Of a stretch of DNA of 64,000 bases, positions 1 through 12,179 are shown in pieces; positions within the stretch are counted from its first letter, which is position 1, and each line of letters opens with the position of its first letter. Both the position numbers and the translations under genes were made by a program. Source of the stretch: Phyllobates terribilis (taxonomy: Eukaryota). The DNA is taken from contig NW_027362774.1 of NCBI RefSeq assembly GCF_046119375.1, forward strand, positions 27,838,001-27,902,000, in the 5' to 3' direction. The notes beneath the pieces were generated by a model, which worked only from the letters and a program-made list of their open reading frames with translations, was not told where the DNA came from and searched no databases.

Positions 1-3000
1 TCGGGTTCGGTTCGGTTCGTCGAACACCGGGATGTTCGAGGAACTGTTCGTCGAACTGTTCGTCGAACACCTTAGAACACCGTTAAAACCAATGGCAGGC
101 AAACAAAAACACATAGAAACACATAGAAAACACCTGCAAAGGTGTCCAAAAGCTGAAAAACTGCTCAGAAGACACTCTCTTTAAAAAAGCCGGCCGGCAA
201 ATTCAGCAGCGGCATACACCGGTACCCGACAATTTAGACAAGAAGGAATAGAGCATCACACATAGATTAGATAGATAGAAACATGTCAGTCACATATATA
301 TGAAGTACAGTGACAGTGTTGGTTACTGCACTTGTCATTTAGTGTAAAGGATTTATTAAAAAAAATATTAGTGTTTTCATGCACCGTCTCTTTAAAAAAG
401 CCGGCCGGCAATTCAGCAGCGGTACCCGACAATTTATAACAGAAAGAATAGAGCTTCACACATAGATTAGATAGATAGAAACATGTCAGTCACATATATA
501 TGAAGTACAGTGACAGTGTTGGTTACTGCACTTGTCATTTAGTGTAAAGGATTTATTTAAAAAAATAATAGTGTTTTCATGCACCGTCTCTTTAAAAAAG
601 CCGGCCGGCAATTCAGCATCTGTACCCGACAATTTAGATCAGAAAGATAGAGCATCACACATAGATTAGATAGATAGAAACATGTCAGTCACATTTATAA
701 TAAGTACAGTGACAGTGTTGGTTACTGTACTTGTCATTTAGTGTTAAAATAAAGGATTTATTAAAATAAAAATTGGCGTGGGATCCCCCATAATTTTAGG
801 CTCTAGCGGAGGTTAAGCAGACAGCTGGGGCAGATGTTTGAAGCCTCGGAAGGGGGTAATACCCACGGAGCTTACCAGGCTACTAATATCAGCCCCCAGC
901 TGAATACTTAGCCTTTACTAGCTATTAAAAAGGGGGACCCCCCCAAAAAAATGACGTGGGGTCCCCCCTATTTTAATAGCTAGCAAAGGCTAAGCAGACA
1001 GCTGGGGGCTGATATTAATAGCCCAGGAAGGGTGCCATGAATATTGGCCTCCTCCCAGGCTAGAAACACCAGCCGTCAGCCGCCCCAGAAATGGCGCATT
1101 CATAGGATGCGCCAATTCTGGCACTTAGCCTCGCTCTTCCCACTGCCCTGTAGCGGTGGCAGTGGGGTAATAGGGTTGGGGTTGATGTCAGCTTATAATG
1201 CCAGCTGACATCAAGCCCAGGTTAGTAATGGAGAGGCGTCTATAAGACACCCCCATTACTAACCCCATAGTCAAAGTTAAAAAAAACACAAACACCCAGA
1301 ATAAAGTCCTTTAATTGAAATAAACACACAATTCTTTATTGTTCTAAATTAAACCATACTTACCGTCACGCCCATTCCAGCTGAAGCCAACGATCTCCTG
1401 TAATAAAAGAAAAATAATAAAGCAACATCATCCTTACCTTTCCATGGTTCCCAGGACAGCTTCAGCTCTGCTACATCGAGATGACTGGCTGGACTGCAGC
1501 AGAACGCCGCCATCCAGCCTGTCATCCCGCAGACACTGAGAAGCGCAGGCATGCTTGCGCTCCTCACTGTCTCGCTGTGACGGCATCCAGATGAGCCGAG
1601 GTCATGTCCAATGAACTCGGCTCACCTCATGCACGTCACTGACAGCGTGGGAAAATTCTCACGCTGAAGCGCTGAGTGCAGGAGAATTCTCCCACGCTGT
1701 CAGTGACGTGCAGGAGGTGAGCTGAGTTCATTGGACATGAGCTCACCTTATGCACGTCACTGACAGCGTGGGAAAATTCTCCTGCACTCAGCGCTTCAGC
1801 GTGGGAGAATTCTCACACTGAAGCGCTGAGTGCAGGAGAATTCTCCCACGCTGTCAGTGACGTGCAGGAGGTGAGCTGAGTTCATTGGACATGAGCTCAC
1901 CTTATGCACGTCACTGACAGCGTGGGAAAATTCTCCTGCACTCAGCGCTTCAGCGTGGGAGAATTCTCACGCTGAAGCGCTGAGTGCAGGAGAATTCTCC
2001 CACGCTGTCAGTGACGTGCAGGAGGTGAGCTGAGTTCATTGGACATGAGCTCACCTTATGCACGTCACTGACAGCGTGGGAGAATTCTCCTGCACTCACC
2101 GCTTCAGCGTGAGAATTTTCCCACGCTGTCAGTGACGTGCATGAGGTGAGCCGAGTTCATTGGACATGAACTCGGCTCATCTGGATGTCGTCACAGAGAG
2201 ACGCTGAGCAGCGCAAGCAAGCCTGCGCTTCTCAGTGTCTGCGGGATGACAGGCTGGATGGCAGCGTTCTGCTGCGGTCCAGCCTGTCATCTCGATGTAG
2301 CAGAGCTGAAGCTGTCGTGGGAACCATGGAAAGGTAAGGATGAGGTTGCTTTATTATTTTTCTTTTATTGCAGGAGATCGTTGGCTTCAGCTGGAATGGG
2401 CGTGACGGTAAGTATGGTTTAATTTAGAACAATAAAGGATTGTGTCTTTATTTCAATTAAAGGACTTTATTCTGGGTGTTTGTGTTTTTTTTAACTTTGA
2501 CTATGGGGTTAGTAATGGGGGTGTCTTATAGACGCCTCTCCATTACTAACCTGGGCTTGATGTCAGCTGGCATTATAAGCTGACATCAACCCCAACCCTA
2601 TTACCCCCTGCCACCGCACCAGGGCAGCGTGGAAGAGCGAGGCTAAGTGCCAGAATTGGCGCATCCTATGAATGCGCCATTTCTGGGGCGGCTGACGGCT
2701 GGTGTTTCTAGCCTGGGAGGGGGCCAATATTCATGGCTCCCTTCCTGGGCTATTAATATCAGCCCCCAGCTGTCTGCCTAGCCTTTGCTAGCTATTAAAT
2801 TAGGGGGGACCCCACGTCATTTTTTTGGGGGGTCCCCCATTTTAATAGCTAGTAAAGGCTATGTATTCAGCTGGGGGCTGATATTAGTAGCCTGGGAAGC
2901 TCCGTGGGTATTACCCCCTTCCCAGGCTTCAAACATCTGCCCCAGCCGTCTGCTTAACCTCCGCTAGAGCCTAAAATTAAGGGGAACCCCACGCCAATTT

Positions 3001-3871
3001 TTTTAATAATAAATCCTTTATTTTAATACTAAATGACAAGTACAGTAACCAACACTATCACTGTACTTCATATATATGTGACTGACATGTTTCTATCTAT
3101 CTAATCTATGTGTGAAGCTCTATTCTGTCTGTTATAAATTGTCGGGTACCGCTGCTGAATTGCCGGCCGGCTTTCTTAAAGAGACGGTGCATGAAAACTC
3201 TATTATTTTTTTTAATAAATCCTTTACACTAAATGACAAGTACAGTAATCAACACTGTCACTGTACTTCATATATATGTGACTGACATGTTTCTATCTAT
3301 CTAATCTATGTGTGAAGCTCTATTCTGTCTGTTATAAATTGTCGGGTACCGCTGCTGAATTGCCGGCCGGCTTTTTTAAAGAGACAGTGCATGAAAACAC
3401 AATTATTTTTTTTGATAAATCCTTTACGCTAAATGACAAGTACAGTAAGCAGCACTTTCACTGTACTTCGTATATATGTGACTGACATGTTTATATCTAT
3501 CTAATCTATGTGTGAAGCTCTATTCTTTCGGTTCTAAATTGTCGGGTACAGGTGTATGCCGCTGCTGAATTGCCGGCTTTTCATGTTTCACTGTGAGCAC
3601 AGTTCCCATCGATTTGGGCAATCACTGTAATGCCACAACCACCATGGCTGTGGCATTACAGTGAGTGGCAGACAATCCCTGCATGATTGGTGCTCTAAAT
3701 AGCGCCAGACATGCAGGACACGCTTTTGGTGCACGAACAGTTATCGAACATAACCTCGAACAGCCGAATTTTTTGCAAATCGTTCGGGTTCGTCGAACAA
3801 CTCGAACACCGCCCAAAACAGCTCGAATTTGAGATTGGCGAACAGTTCTAGTCGAACACCGCTCATCTCTA
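1..3871. mobile_element. Non-autonomous hAT-like/foldback element, left end outside the window, with a ~3.4-kb internal palindrome
   Basis: Right end ...GCTCATCTCTA (3861-3871; reverse complement TAGAGATGAGC, a hAT-like terminus as recalled); GTTCG/CGAAC-rich subterminal repeats at 1-70 and 3735-3860; arms ~177-1590 and ~2185-3590 are reverse complements, each with three ~190-200-bp tandem units; central nested palindromic repeats 1590-2185; no transposase ORF. Confidence 0.7.
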
Positions 3872-5276
3872 CTAATGACATCAACACCCTATATAAGGTG
3901 TGCTTAATTATTAGGCAACTTCCTTTCCTTTGGCAAAATGGGTCAGAAGAGAGATTTGACGGGCTCTGAAAAGTCCAAAATTGTGAGATGTCTTGCAGAG
4001 GGAGGCAGCAGTCTTGAAATTTCCAAACTTTTGAAGCGTGATCACCGAACAATAAAGCGTTTCATGGCAAATAGCCAACAGGGTCGCAAGAAGCGTGTTG
4101 GCCAAAACAGGCGCAAAATAACTGCCCATGAATTGAGGAAAATCAAGTGTGAAACTGCCAAGATGCCATTCGCCACCAGTTTTACCATATTTCAGAGCTG
4201 CAACATTACTGGAGTATCAAAAAGCACAAGGTGTGTGATACTCAGGGACATGGCCAAGGTAAGGAAGGCTGAAAAACCACCACCTTTGAACAAGAAACAT
4301 AAGATAAAACGTCAAGAATGGGCCAAGAAATATCTTAAGACTGATTTTTCAAAGGTTTTATGGACTGATGAAATGAGAGTGACTCTTGATGGGCCAGATG
4401 GATGGGCCAGAGGCTGGATCAGTAAAGGGCAGAGAGCTCCACTCCGACTCAGACGCCAGCAAGGTGGAGGTGGGGTACTGGTATGGGCTAGTATCATCAA
4501 AGATGAACTTGTGGGACCTTTTCGGGTTGAGGATGGAGTGAAGTTCAACTCCCAGACCTACTGCCAGTTTCTGGAAGACAACTTCTTCAAGCAGTGGTAC
4601 AGGAAGAAGTCGGTATCGTTCAAGAAAAACATGATTTTCATGCAGGACAATGCTCCATCACATGCATCCAACTACTCCACAACGTGGCTGGCCAGTAAAG
4701 GTCTAAAAGAAGAAAAAATAATGACATGGCCCCCTTGTTCACCTGATCTGAACCCCATAGAGAATCTGTGGTCCATCATAAAATGTGAGATCTACAGGGA
4801 GGGAAAACAGTACACCTCTGGGAACAGTGTCTGGGAGGCTGTGGTGGCTGCTGCACGCAATGTTGATCGAAAACAGATCAAGCAACTGACAGAATCTATG
4901 GATGGAGGCTGCTGAGTGTCATCGTAAAGAAAGGTGGCTATATTCATCACTAATTTTTTTGGTTTTTGCATGTCAGAAATGTTTATTTCTATATTTTGTG
5001 CACTGATATTGGTTTACCTGGTGAAAATAAACAAGTGAGATGGGATTATATTTGTTTTTTTATTAAGTTGCCTAATAATTCTGCACAGTAATAGTTACCT
5101 GCACAAACAGATATCCTCCTAAGATAGCCAAATCTAAAAAAAAAACCACTCCAACTTCCAAAAATATTAACCTTGGATATTTATGAGTCTTTTGGGTTGA
5201 TTGAGAACATAGTTGTTGATCAATAATAAAAATAATCCTCTAAAATACAACTTGCCTAATAATTCTGCACACAGTG
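3872..5276 (+). mobile_element. Tc1/mariner DD37E (TRT-like) transposon, left end missing at the junction with the foldback element
   Basis: Transposase ORF 3938-4915 (WTDE...QDNAPSH...DLNPIE; 37 residues between second D and E), frameshifted near the C-terminus (SMDGGC*); right TIR ...aataattctgcacacagtg followed by TA (5277-5278). Confidence 0.92.
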
Positions 5277-6197
5277 TATATATACACACATACACACGAG
5301 TAGATATTAAAAGTAACTGCGTCGTCCTTATCTGTCAATTACACTTCCAAAAGGGGTTGTCATCCAGCTTTCCTGAGCCCTGGAAAGCTGGATGACTTTA
5401 TTTTTTCATTGTAATATTTTTGCAAAAAAAAAAAAAACACAGCAAAAAGGGGCAGCAATGTTTACCTGCCCAGGTCTCAGAGCTAATGCACTACCAGGAT
5501 GCAGCAAACCAATTTAATAAAGATGGCGGCAGCACAGGTGCAAAATACTGATGAGACAACCACTCACAACCTACCAGTTCATAGAGGGGGTGATTGCTTA
5601 GTATTCAAAAATTGCACACAAATAAGGCTTGTATAGGGCGCTGTTCACACATGGATAGTGAACAGTATCTGGCTTACCCGTCAATTAGTGACGCCCATGC
5701 TATTAGATTAGGCGGGCTGCCCGGTACTATCCAAGTGCACCCCATGAGGACAGACACCCTAGTTTACAATGCCAACACTGATGGGCCTGGCTGCACCCTG
5801 GAATAAAAAAGTGCAAAAAGTCATAAGTTACTTACCGGTAGCGGGATTTTTCGGAGACCATGACAGCACCACGAGAGAGGGGATCCGCCCACCAAGGACA
5901 GGAAACGTAGAGGGTTAAAAGGGGCGGCCCTCTCTCTCGCCTCAGTTTGGATTACAGAGCATTGAGAGGACCACCAGGTTAGTAGACATGGTAAACAATC
6001 ATAAAAATAATATTTTTATACAACACCACTAAGTGAGAAAATAATAATTAATAACTGAGGAGTGCTCCCATAAAGTGAAGGGACTTAATATAAGGGTGCT
6101 GTCATGGTCTCCGAAAAATCCCATTACCGGTAAGTAACTTATGACTTTATCGGTTGACCATGACAGCACCACGAGAGAATTGCAGAGATGAAGAAGT

Positions 6198-7313
6198 TTA
6201 GGGAGGGACCAAAGCCTGGAGCACCCTTCTTCCAAATGTGAGGTCAGATGAAACACCCAAATCCAGTCTATAGTGCCTATAGAAGGTAGATGGAGAAGAC
6301 CAGGTAGCAGCCTTACATATGTCTTCCATCGAGACACCCGTCTTCTTCGCCCACGAGGTTGCCACTGCCCGGGTATTGTGAGCCTTCAACCCCTGTGGAG
6401 CTTCCTCCCCGCTGGAGACATAAGCTACAGTAATAGCCTCCCTGATCCACCTAGCTATGGTGGACTTAGCAACCCTAAGCCCTTTTCTAACCCCTTGGTA
6501 GGAGATAAACAAGGAACTATCTTTCCGGAAAACCTGGGTGACCGATAGGTACTTAATCACACATCTTCTAACATCTAAGGTATGGAACTCTGCCTCTTTG
6601 TGGTTACTTGGATTAGGACAGAACGAGGGTAGGAGTATTTCTTGGAGTCTATGGAAACGGGAAGCTACTTTAGGGAGATATGCTGGGTCAGTTTTAAGAA
6701 TTATTCTATTGTCCAGGATCTGAGTGAAAGGTGGGGCTGAAGACAGAGCCTGGATGTCACTAACCCTTCTAGCTGATGTTAGAGCTATTAGAAGCGCTGT
6801 TTTAAGGGAGATGGACTTAAGGGATGCTGAATCCATTGGTTCGAAGGGTGAACCAGTTAATGCTTTTAGAACTAAATTTAGACCCCAGGGTGCTAAATTG
6901 CTTTTGATAACAGGCCTGGATCTAAACACAGCTTTGATAAAGCGAGAAATCCAATAATTTCCTGCCAGGTCACAGTTATATAGGGCACCTAAGGCGGAGA
7001 CTTGGACTTTAAGGGTGCTTGTTGCCAACCCCAACTCGAGGCCTTTCTGTAAAAATTCTAAAATTTTACCAATTGGCGCTCCCTCACCAACTGTAGAACC
7101 AGAGAAAGATAAAAAAAAATTCCAAGTTCTAGCGTAAATCCTGGTAGTGACAGGTTTCCTACTACGCATTAGTGTAGTCACTAGATCTCGGGCGAATCCT
7201 TTGCGTTCTAACAGGGACCTCTCAAGTTCCACACCGTAAAGTGGAGGCCGGGAGCTTGAGGATGGAGTATCGGACCCTGGCTGAGGAGATCTGGGATTTC
7301 GGGTAGGACCCAA
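6198..7313 (-). CDS. DIRS tyrosine recombinase (uninterrupted ORF, 371 aa)
   Basis: SARRV(R)...KAHNTR(H-x-x-R)...ATWSS...FYRHY(Y) catalytic set. Confidence 0.9.
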   Translation of the reverse strand: MGPTRNPRSPQPGSDTPSSSSRPPLYGVELERSLLERKGFARDLVTTLMRSRKPVTTRIYARTWNFFLSFSGSTVGEGAPIGKILEFLQKGLELGLATSTLKVQVSALGALYNCDLAGNYWISRFIKAVFRSRPVIKSNLAPWGLNLVLKALTGSPFEPMDSASLKSISLKTALLIALTSARRVSDIQALSSAPPFTQILDNRIILKTDPAYLPKVASRFHRLQEILLPSFCPNPSNHKEAEFHTLDVRRCVIKYLSVTQVFRKDSSLFISYQGVRKGLRVAKSTIARWIREAITVAYVSSGEEAPQGLKAHNTRAVATSWAKKTGVSMEDICKAATWSSPSTFYRHYRLDLGVSSDLTFGRRVLQALVPP

Positions 7314-9018
7314 GGATCAGAGATGGACATGTTCCTCAGGCATGAGAACCAGGGTCTCCTGGGCCAAAAGGGGGCGATCAGGAGGACCCTCGCCTTGTCC
7401 TCTCTGATCTTTCTTAGAACCATGGGAAGGAGATTCAATGGTGGAAAGGCGTACGCCAGACTGAAATTCCAAGTTATTTGGAGAGCGTCTACTGCCAGGG
7501 GGTTTTCTCTGGGATTTAGGGAGCAAAAGAGCTTTGTCTTTTGATTTAGCCTTGTGGCAAAGAGATCTACCACCGGAAGACCCCATTTTCGGACTATTTG
7601 GGAAAAAATATCCTGCTTTAGTTCCCATTTGCCCTGCCTCAGAGAAAAACGGCTTAAGTAGTCTGCTTTTACGTTTTCTTTTCCTTTGATATAGAGGGCC
7701 GTTAAGGAAAGGAGATGACATTCCGAAATCTGAAAAAGATGATCCGTCACTTTCACCAGTGATCCAGCACATGTACCCCCCTGATGGTTCATGTAAGCTA
7801 CAGCTATCCTATTATCTGAAAGGATTTTAACATTCTTATCATGAAGGAAAGGCAAGAAATGATTAATCGCCTTATCCACTGCTAGCAGTTCCTTAGTGTT
7901 GGAGGAAAGACTTTTTTCAGCGTCTGACCAGGACCCCTGGGCAACCCTATCCCCCAGATGAGCCCCCATCCATGGAAGCTTGCATCGGTTGTAATTATTT
8001 TAGTGACTCTAAACACCCAGGGAACACCTCGTGACAGGTTCACCCTCCACTGCAAGGACTCAACAGATCGGGGAGACAAGGACATTCGTCCTTCTAAGTG
8101 CCCATTTAACAAAACCTCATTATGTAGAACGTCCCATTGTAGAACCCTGGAGTGGTATTGTGCCCACAGAACCCCAGGAAGGCAAGATGACAGGGTACCC
8201 AACAAGGACATCACAGCTCTAAGGGACATGACCGGGTTTGATAATGCTTTCTCTACTAGAATTTTAACCTTTTGTTTTTTGGCTTCCGGGAGGAAACATA
8301 TTTGAAGGTCTGAATCCAGCATGATACCCAAGAACTGTTGTACTTTTGAAGGCACAACCCTGGACTTCTCTAGATTTAGGATCCAACCCAGACTTTCCAA
8401 GATGGAGGATACTAATTAAAGATGATTTTCACATTGGAAGGTTGAGTCTCCAACTATCAAGAAATCATCCAGGTAAGGGATAATCAAAATATTATGTTGG
8501 CTATGGCCAGACCGAACGGTAAGGCTCTAAACTGGAAATGTTTAATTTCGTCATCTATGATCAAAGCTACCCTAAGGTATTTCTGGAAGTCCATATGTAT
8601 AGGTACATGGTAATAGGCGTCTTTTAGGTCTAACACTACCGTGTAACAGCCTGAAAAAAAGTAACTTTATTGTAGATTTAATGGATTCCATCTTAAAGGT
8701 GGGAACTAACAAAAATGTATTAAGGGCTTTAAGGTTAATGATGCACCTAAAAGACCCGTCAGGCTTAGAAACCAAAAAGAGAGGCGAGTAGAATCCTAGT
8801 CCCCTTTCTGCTGTCGGGACTTCTACTAGAACCGCTTTATGGACCAAGTTCAGGACTTCCACTTGTAGGGCCGTTTGCTCTAATGCTGAGGAACGGTTTG
8901 GGGTCAAGATGAATCTCCCACGAGGAATCTGCAGAAACTCGAACCTCAGACCGGAACCTACCAGATCAAGGATCCAGTTACTAGAAGAAATTTTTGTCCA
9001 GGCAGGTAAGAAGCCCAA
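7208..9018 (-). pseudogene. DIRS reverse transcriptase / RNase H / methyltransferase-like ORF, broken by frameshifts
   Basis: Split across ORFs 8572-9018, an unlisted YLDD-containing frame near 8460-8480, 7882-8400 and 7208-7969. Confidence 0.88.
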
Positions 9019-9156
9019 CAGCCTCCCCCCTACCTGGGCTGCGAGTCATTGACTTGGTTTCCGGGGGCCTTGGTTAGAAGAAGAAGAGCCGAATAGGAGC
9101 CCTCTACCTCTCGGTCTGCGGTCTTCCCATTTCTCCTGACCCTTCTGTGGTCTTTT

Positions 9157-10641
9157 TCATAGAAACCGTCTCCTATGGAAAGGACGTTTGTAAGTGGGGA
9201 TAGACAAGCTAGGGAAACCTTTCTTTTTGTCACTAGCTTTATCCAGAAGTTCGTCCAGAACAGGCCCAAAAAGATGCTCTCTTTCACATGGAATAGTATA
9301 GAGTCTCGTTCTTGCTTGAATGTCACCTGGCCAACATTTCAGCCACAAGACTCTATGGGCTGAGTTGGACATGGCGACTGACCTCGCTGCCAATCTGACT
9401 GAATCCGCAGAGGCATCTGCCAGGAAGGCTGCTGCCCCCTGTAGGAGTGACATATCTGATAAAATCTCCTTCCTGGGGGTGTTATTTCTCAGATGGGATT
9501 CAAGTTGGTCCAGCCATATCATTAGGGACCTGGCGGTACAAGTAGCGGCAACCGCTGGTTTTACGGCCCCCGCAGATGTTTCCCAGGTCCCTTTGAGAAA
9601 AGTGTCAGCTTTCCTATCCAAAGGGTCCTTAAGAGCCCCCATATCATCAAAGGGGAGAGAGGATCGTTTAGATGCCTTAGCTATAGCCACATCTATTCTG
9701 GGGTCTTTCTCCCAGGACGAAGAAGCTGAGTCTTCAAAGGAATATTTTCTTTTAAAGAACAGAGGAAGAATACCCTTTCTCTCTGGCCTTTTCCATTCTC
9801 TACGTATCAAGCCCTGAATTTTATCGTTAAAGGGAAAACTTCTTCTTTTCCTCTGCCCCAGCCCCCTGAACATAATATCCTGGACTAATTTTTCCGGTCT
9901 GGCATCTGTAATACCCATGGTTGACCGAATTGCTTTAATTAAACCATCGACACCATTAATGGGAAAACCATTCTGACACGCACCACTATCTGAGGAAGTA
10001 GATGATGAAGAGGCTGCGTCGTCTGAGTCCAATTCATAAGCCGACGACAGGGAGTCATCAGGGGCTGGGGAGATCTCACGGTCTGTATCCACCTTTCCTT
10101 TAGTTTTTTTTGGCGAGGATTTTACTGGTTTCAGACTTGACCAAGGTTCTTAATCCCGAGGTGAGGCTAGGGGTCTCCTCTGCCAGCATTTGATTTATAC
10201 AGGACTGACACAATTTTTTGGGATATGAGTTGGGAAGGATGGAGTTACATAATGCACACTGAATATGCCTGGTCTTGGAGGTACACTTCTTCCCCTATTA
10301 AAATTAGAAGGGGAGAAGGGATACTCCATTACTAAGTGAACTTTCTCAAAGATCACTTACCCAGGTGGCTCAAAAAAGGCTAGTACCGATTTGGAGGAAG
10401 GACCCTTCTCAGCCGGGGGATCATCCCAGGAGGCTGCAGATTCGTCCATCCTGCTGGAGCCGTGATGACTGGACTTAGACACCGAACCTCTTTTTCCTGA
10501 GGACCGGGCATTACCAGAAACATGAGGGCGATGCACTTTTTGAGGCTCCCCAAACAGCCGCTGAGATAGTGGAGATGGCGGCTGCTCAACTTGCTGCTGC
10601 AGTAGCTGCTGCTGCTGTTGCTGCTCATTATCGGACTCCAT
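9157..10641 (-). pseudogene. DIRS gag-like ORF1, fragmented
   Basis: ORF 9157-10092 (…DPLDRKAD…LWLKCW…KKKGFP) and upstream fragment 10357-10641 with a CAG/poly-Q run; position 5' of RT inside the ITRs. Confidence 0.75.
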
Positions 10642-12179
10642 GATGAGGAGAACAAGCTGGGAAGCCCTGAACAGTGGTGCTTGGGCCAGTTAAGTAGCAC
10701 CTGTTCCACCCCTCAGCCACCTGATTTCAATTGAATACATTTCCCCATTTTCTTTTTTTTTTTTTTTACACAGGGATGCTTGGCGCCCCATCGCTGCGGT
10801 TAATACCGCACTTACAATTAGGTGCAGGTGACCGGACTTCCGGGTCTCGGTCACGTGATCGCCCCGAGGTGCGGTGACGTCATCGGGCCACGACTTACAG
10901 GAGGAGGCCGGAAGTGCGCGCCCGCACGAGCCTCGCGCCGGGAAGCTCCAGTTGCCGCCGCTCCAGGTAGGCTCTGCCAAGATCCATGAGCCTGCTACCC
11001 GGATTGGGGCGCAGCGTCGGATATCCAGTGCGCCAACCTCCGCTGGGTGTCGATGGGGACGGCATCCCACGCAACCCGTCTGTCTTCAGGGCGATGGTGG
11101 GCTCTGCCACCCAAGATAGGGGCGCAGTCCCACTGCAGTCCGGATCAGACCAGGGGCAGACTCCTCCACAGAAAGGGGCGCAAACCTGGCTGAAGCAGCT
11201 GATGAAAGGGCTGCCACCCCAGATAGGGGCGCTGCCTCCTGCTTATCCGGTGCAAAATATGCTGTGCCACTCCCAGATAGGGGTGCACCCACAAAGCAGA
11301 CGCTGGAGCTACAGATCCCAGATATGGGCGCTGCTCGACAGCCGTCGCCATCCGGTTCTTTCCACGAGCCTGAAATAGGTTCCCTCCATCAAGGACAGGA
11401 AACCAAAACTGAGGCGAGTGAGAGGGCCTCCCCTTTTCAGCCTGTAGGTTTCCTGTCCTTGGTGGGAGGATCCTCTCTCTCGTGGTGCTGTCATGGTCGA
11501 CCGATAAAATACATATAGCATATATGAAGTATTGGTCAAAATACGCCAGCTCGCAACCCGCGTCAAGGGTCCTCATACTTGCAAGTACGATCACCAAACT
11601 AAAAGCAAAGCCACAATAAATAAATATTTTTGCAACTAGCGAGTGGCTTCCAAGGGGGAAGCTGCCCCCATAAAATTTCACATTACTTCTTTTACTTCAG
11701 TTTCCAAACCCTAAAATGGTTAAAAGTGACCTGTTGATTCTTCTTCTGACCTGATCATTCAGTGGGAAGATGGCACAAACTAAATAAAGAAATCTATGGG
11801 GAGCCCAAAAAGACAGACTGAATACACCTGGTGTCTTTTCTAGAATTTTAAAAATGCCACACAAAAAAAAAAGCGGGTGTTTCCTGAAGCGGGTTCACCT
11901 GACTTCAAGACTATGTGCACACGTCGAGTATTTGGTTGCAGTAAGTTGTGAAAGGTTTCTGCCTCTCTTGGCAGCAAAAACGCTGAAGAAAAAACACACT
12001 TTTTTATGCGTTTTTATACAGCAATGAATGCTTTTTGGAGCTAAATAAAAATATTTGAAAAAAGAAATGTGGGACATCGCTTTAACCTTGGATTACCGTC
12101 GGACCTAGGGTGAGTATATTGGGTTAATTTAAATGCTTAAAGAATGTGTCTGTTGTATTTCAAATAAAGTGTTTTATTC

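Larger units (their letters stand above)
5817..11508 (-). mobile_element. DIRS1-like tyrosine-recombinase retrotransposon, full-length structure, gag/pol frameshifted
   Basis: Imperfect ~100-bp inverted terminal repeats (11405-11508; ~5848-5948) plus a 3' extension (5820-5847); internal complementary region 6095-6178 joining both ends at a TTT; gag-like 9157-10641; RT (GFYSPLFLV...IINLKALN, PYLDDFLIV) ~8450-9020; RNase H (TTDAS, ELLAV, SDN) and methyltransferase-like (DLFA...YAFPP) 7208-8400; YR 6198-7313. Confidence 0.95.

Noticed and set aside
4312-4548. Antisense ORFs over the Tc1 transposases (also 16100-16659, 53138-53699, 59543-59861)
   Set aside because: Shadow frames of transposase coding sequence.
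10357-10641. Poly-Q ORF as a host gene
   Set aside because: Lies inside the DIRS ITRs upstream of gag; best read as a gag N-terminal fragment.
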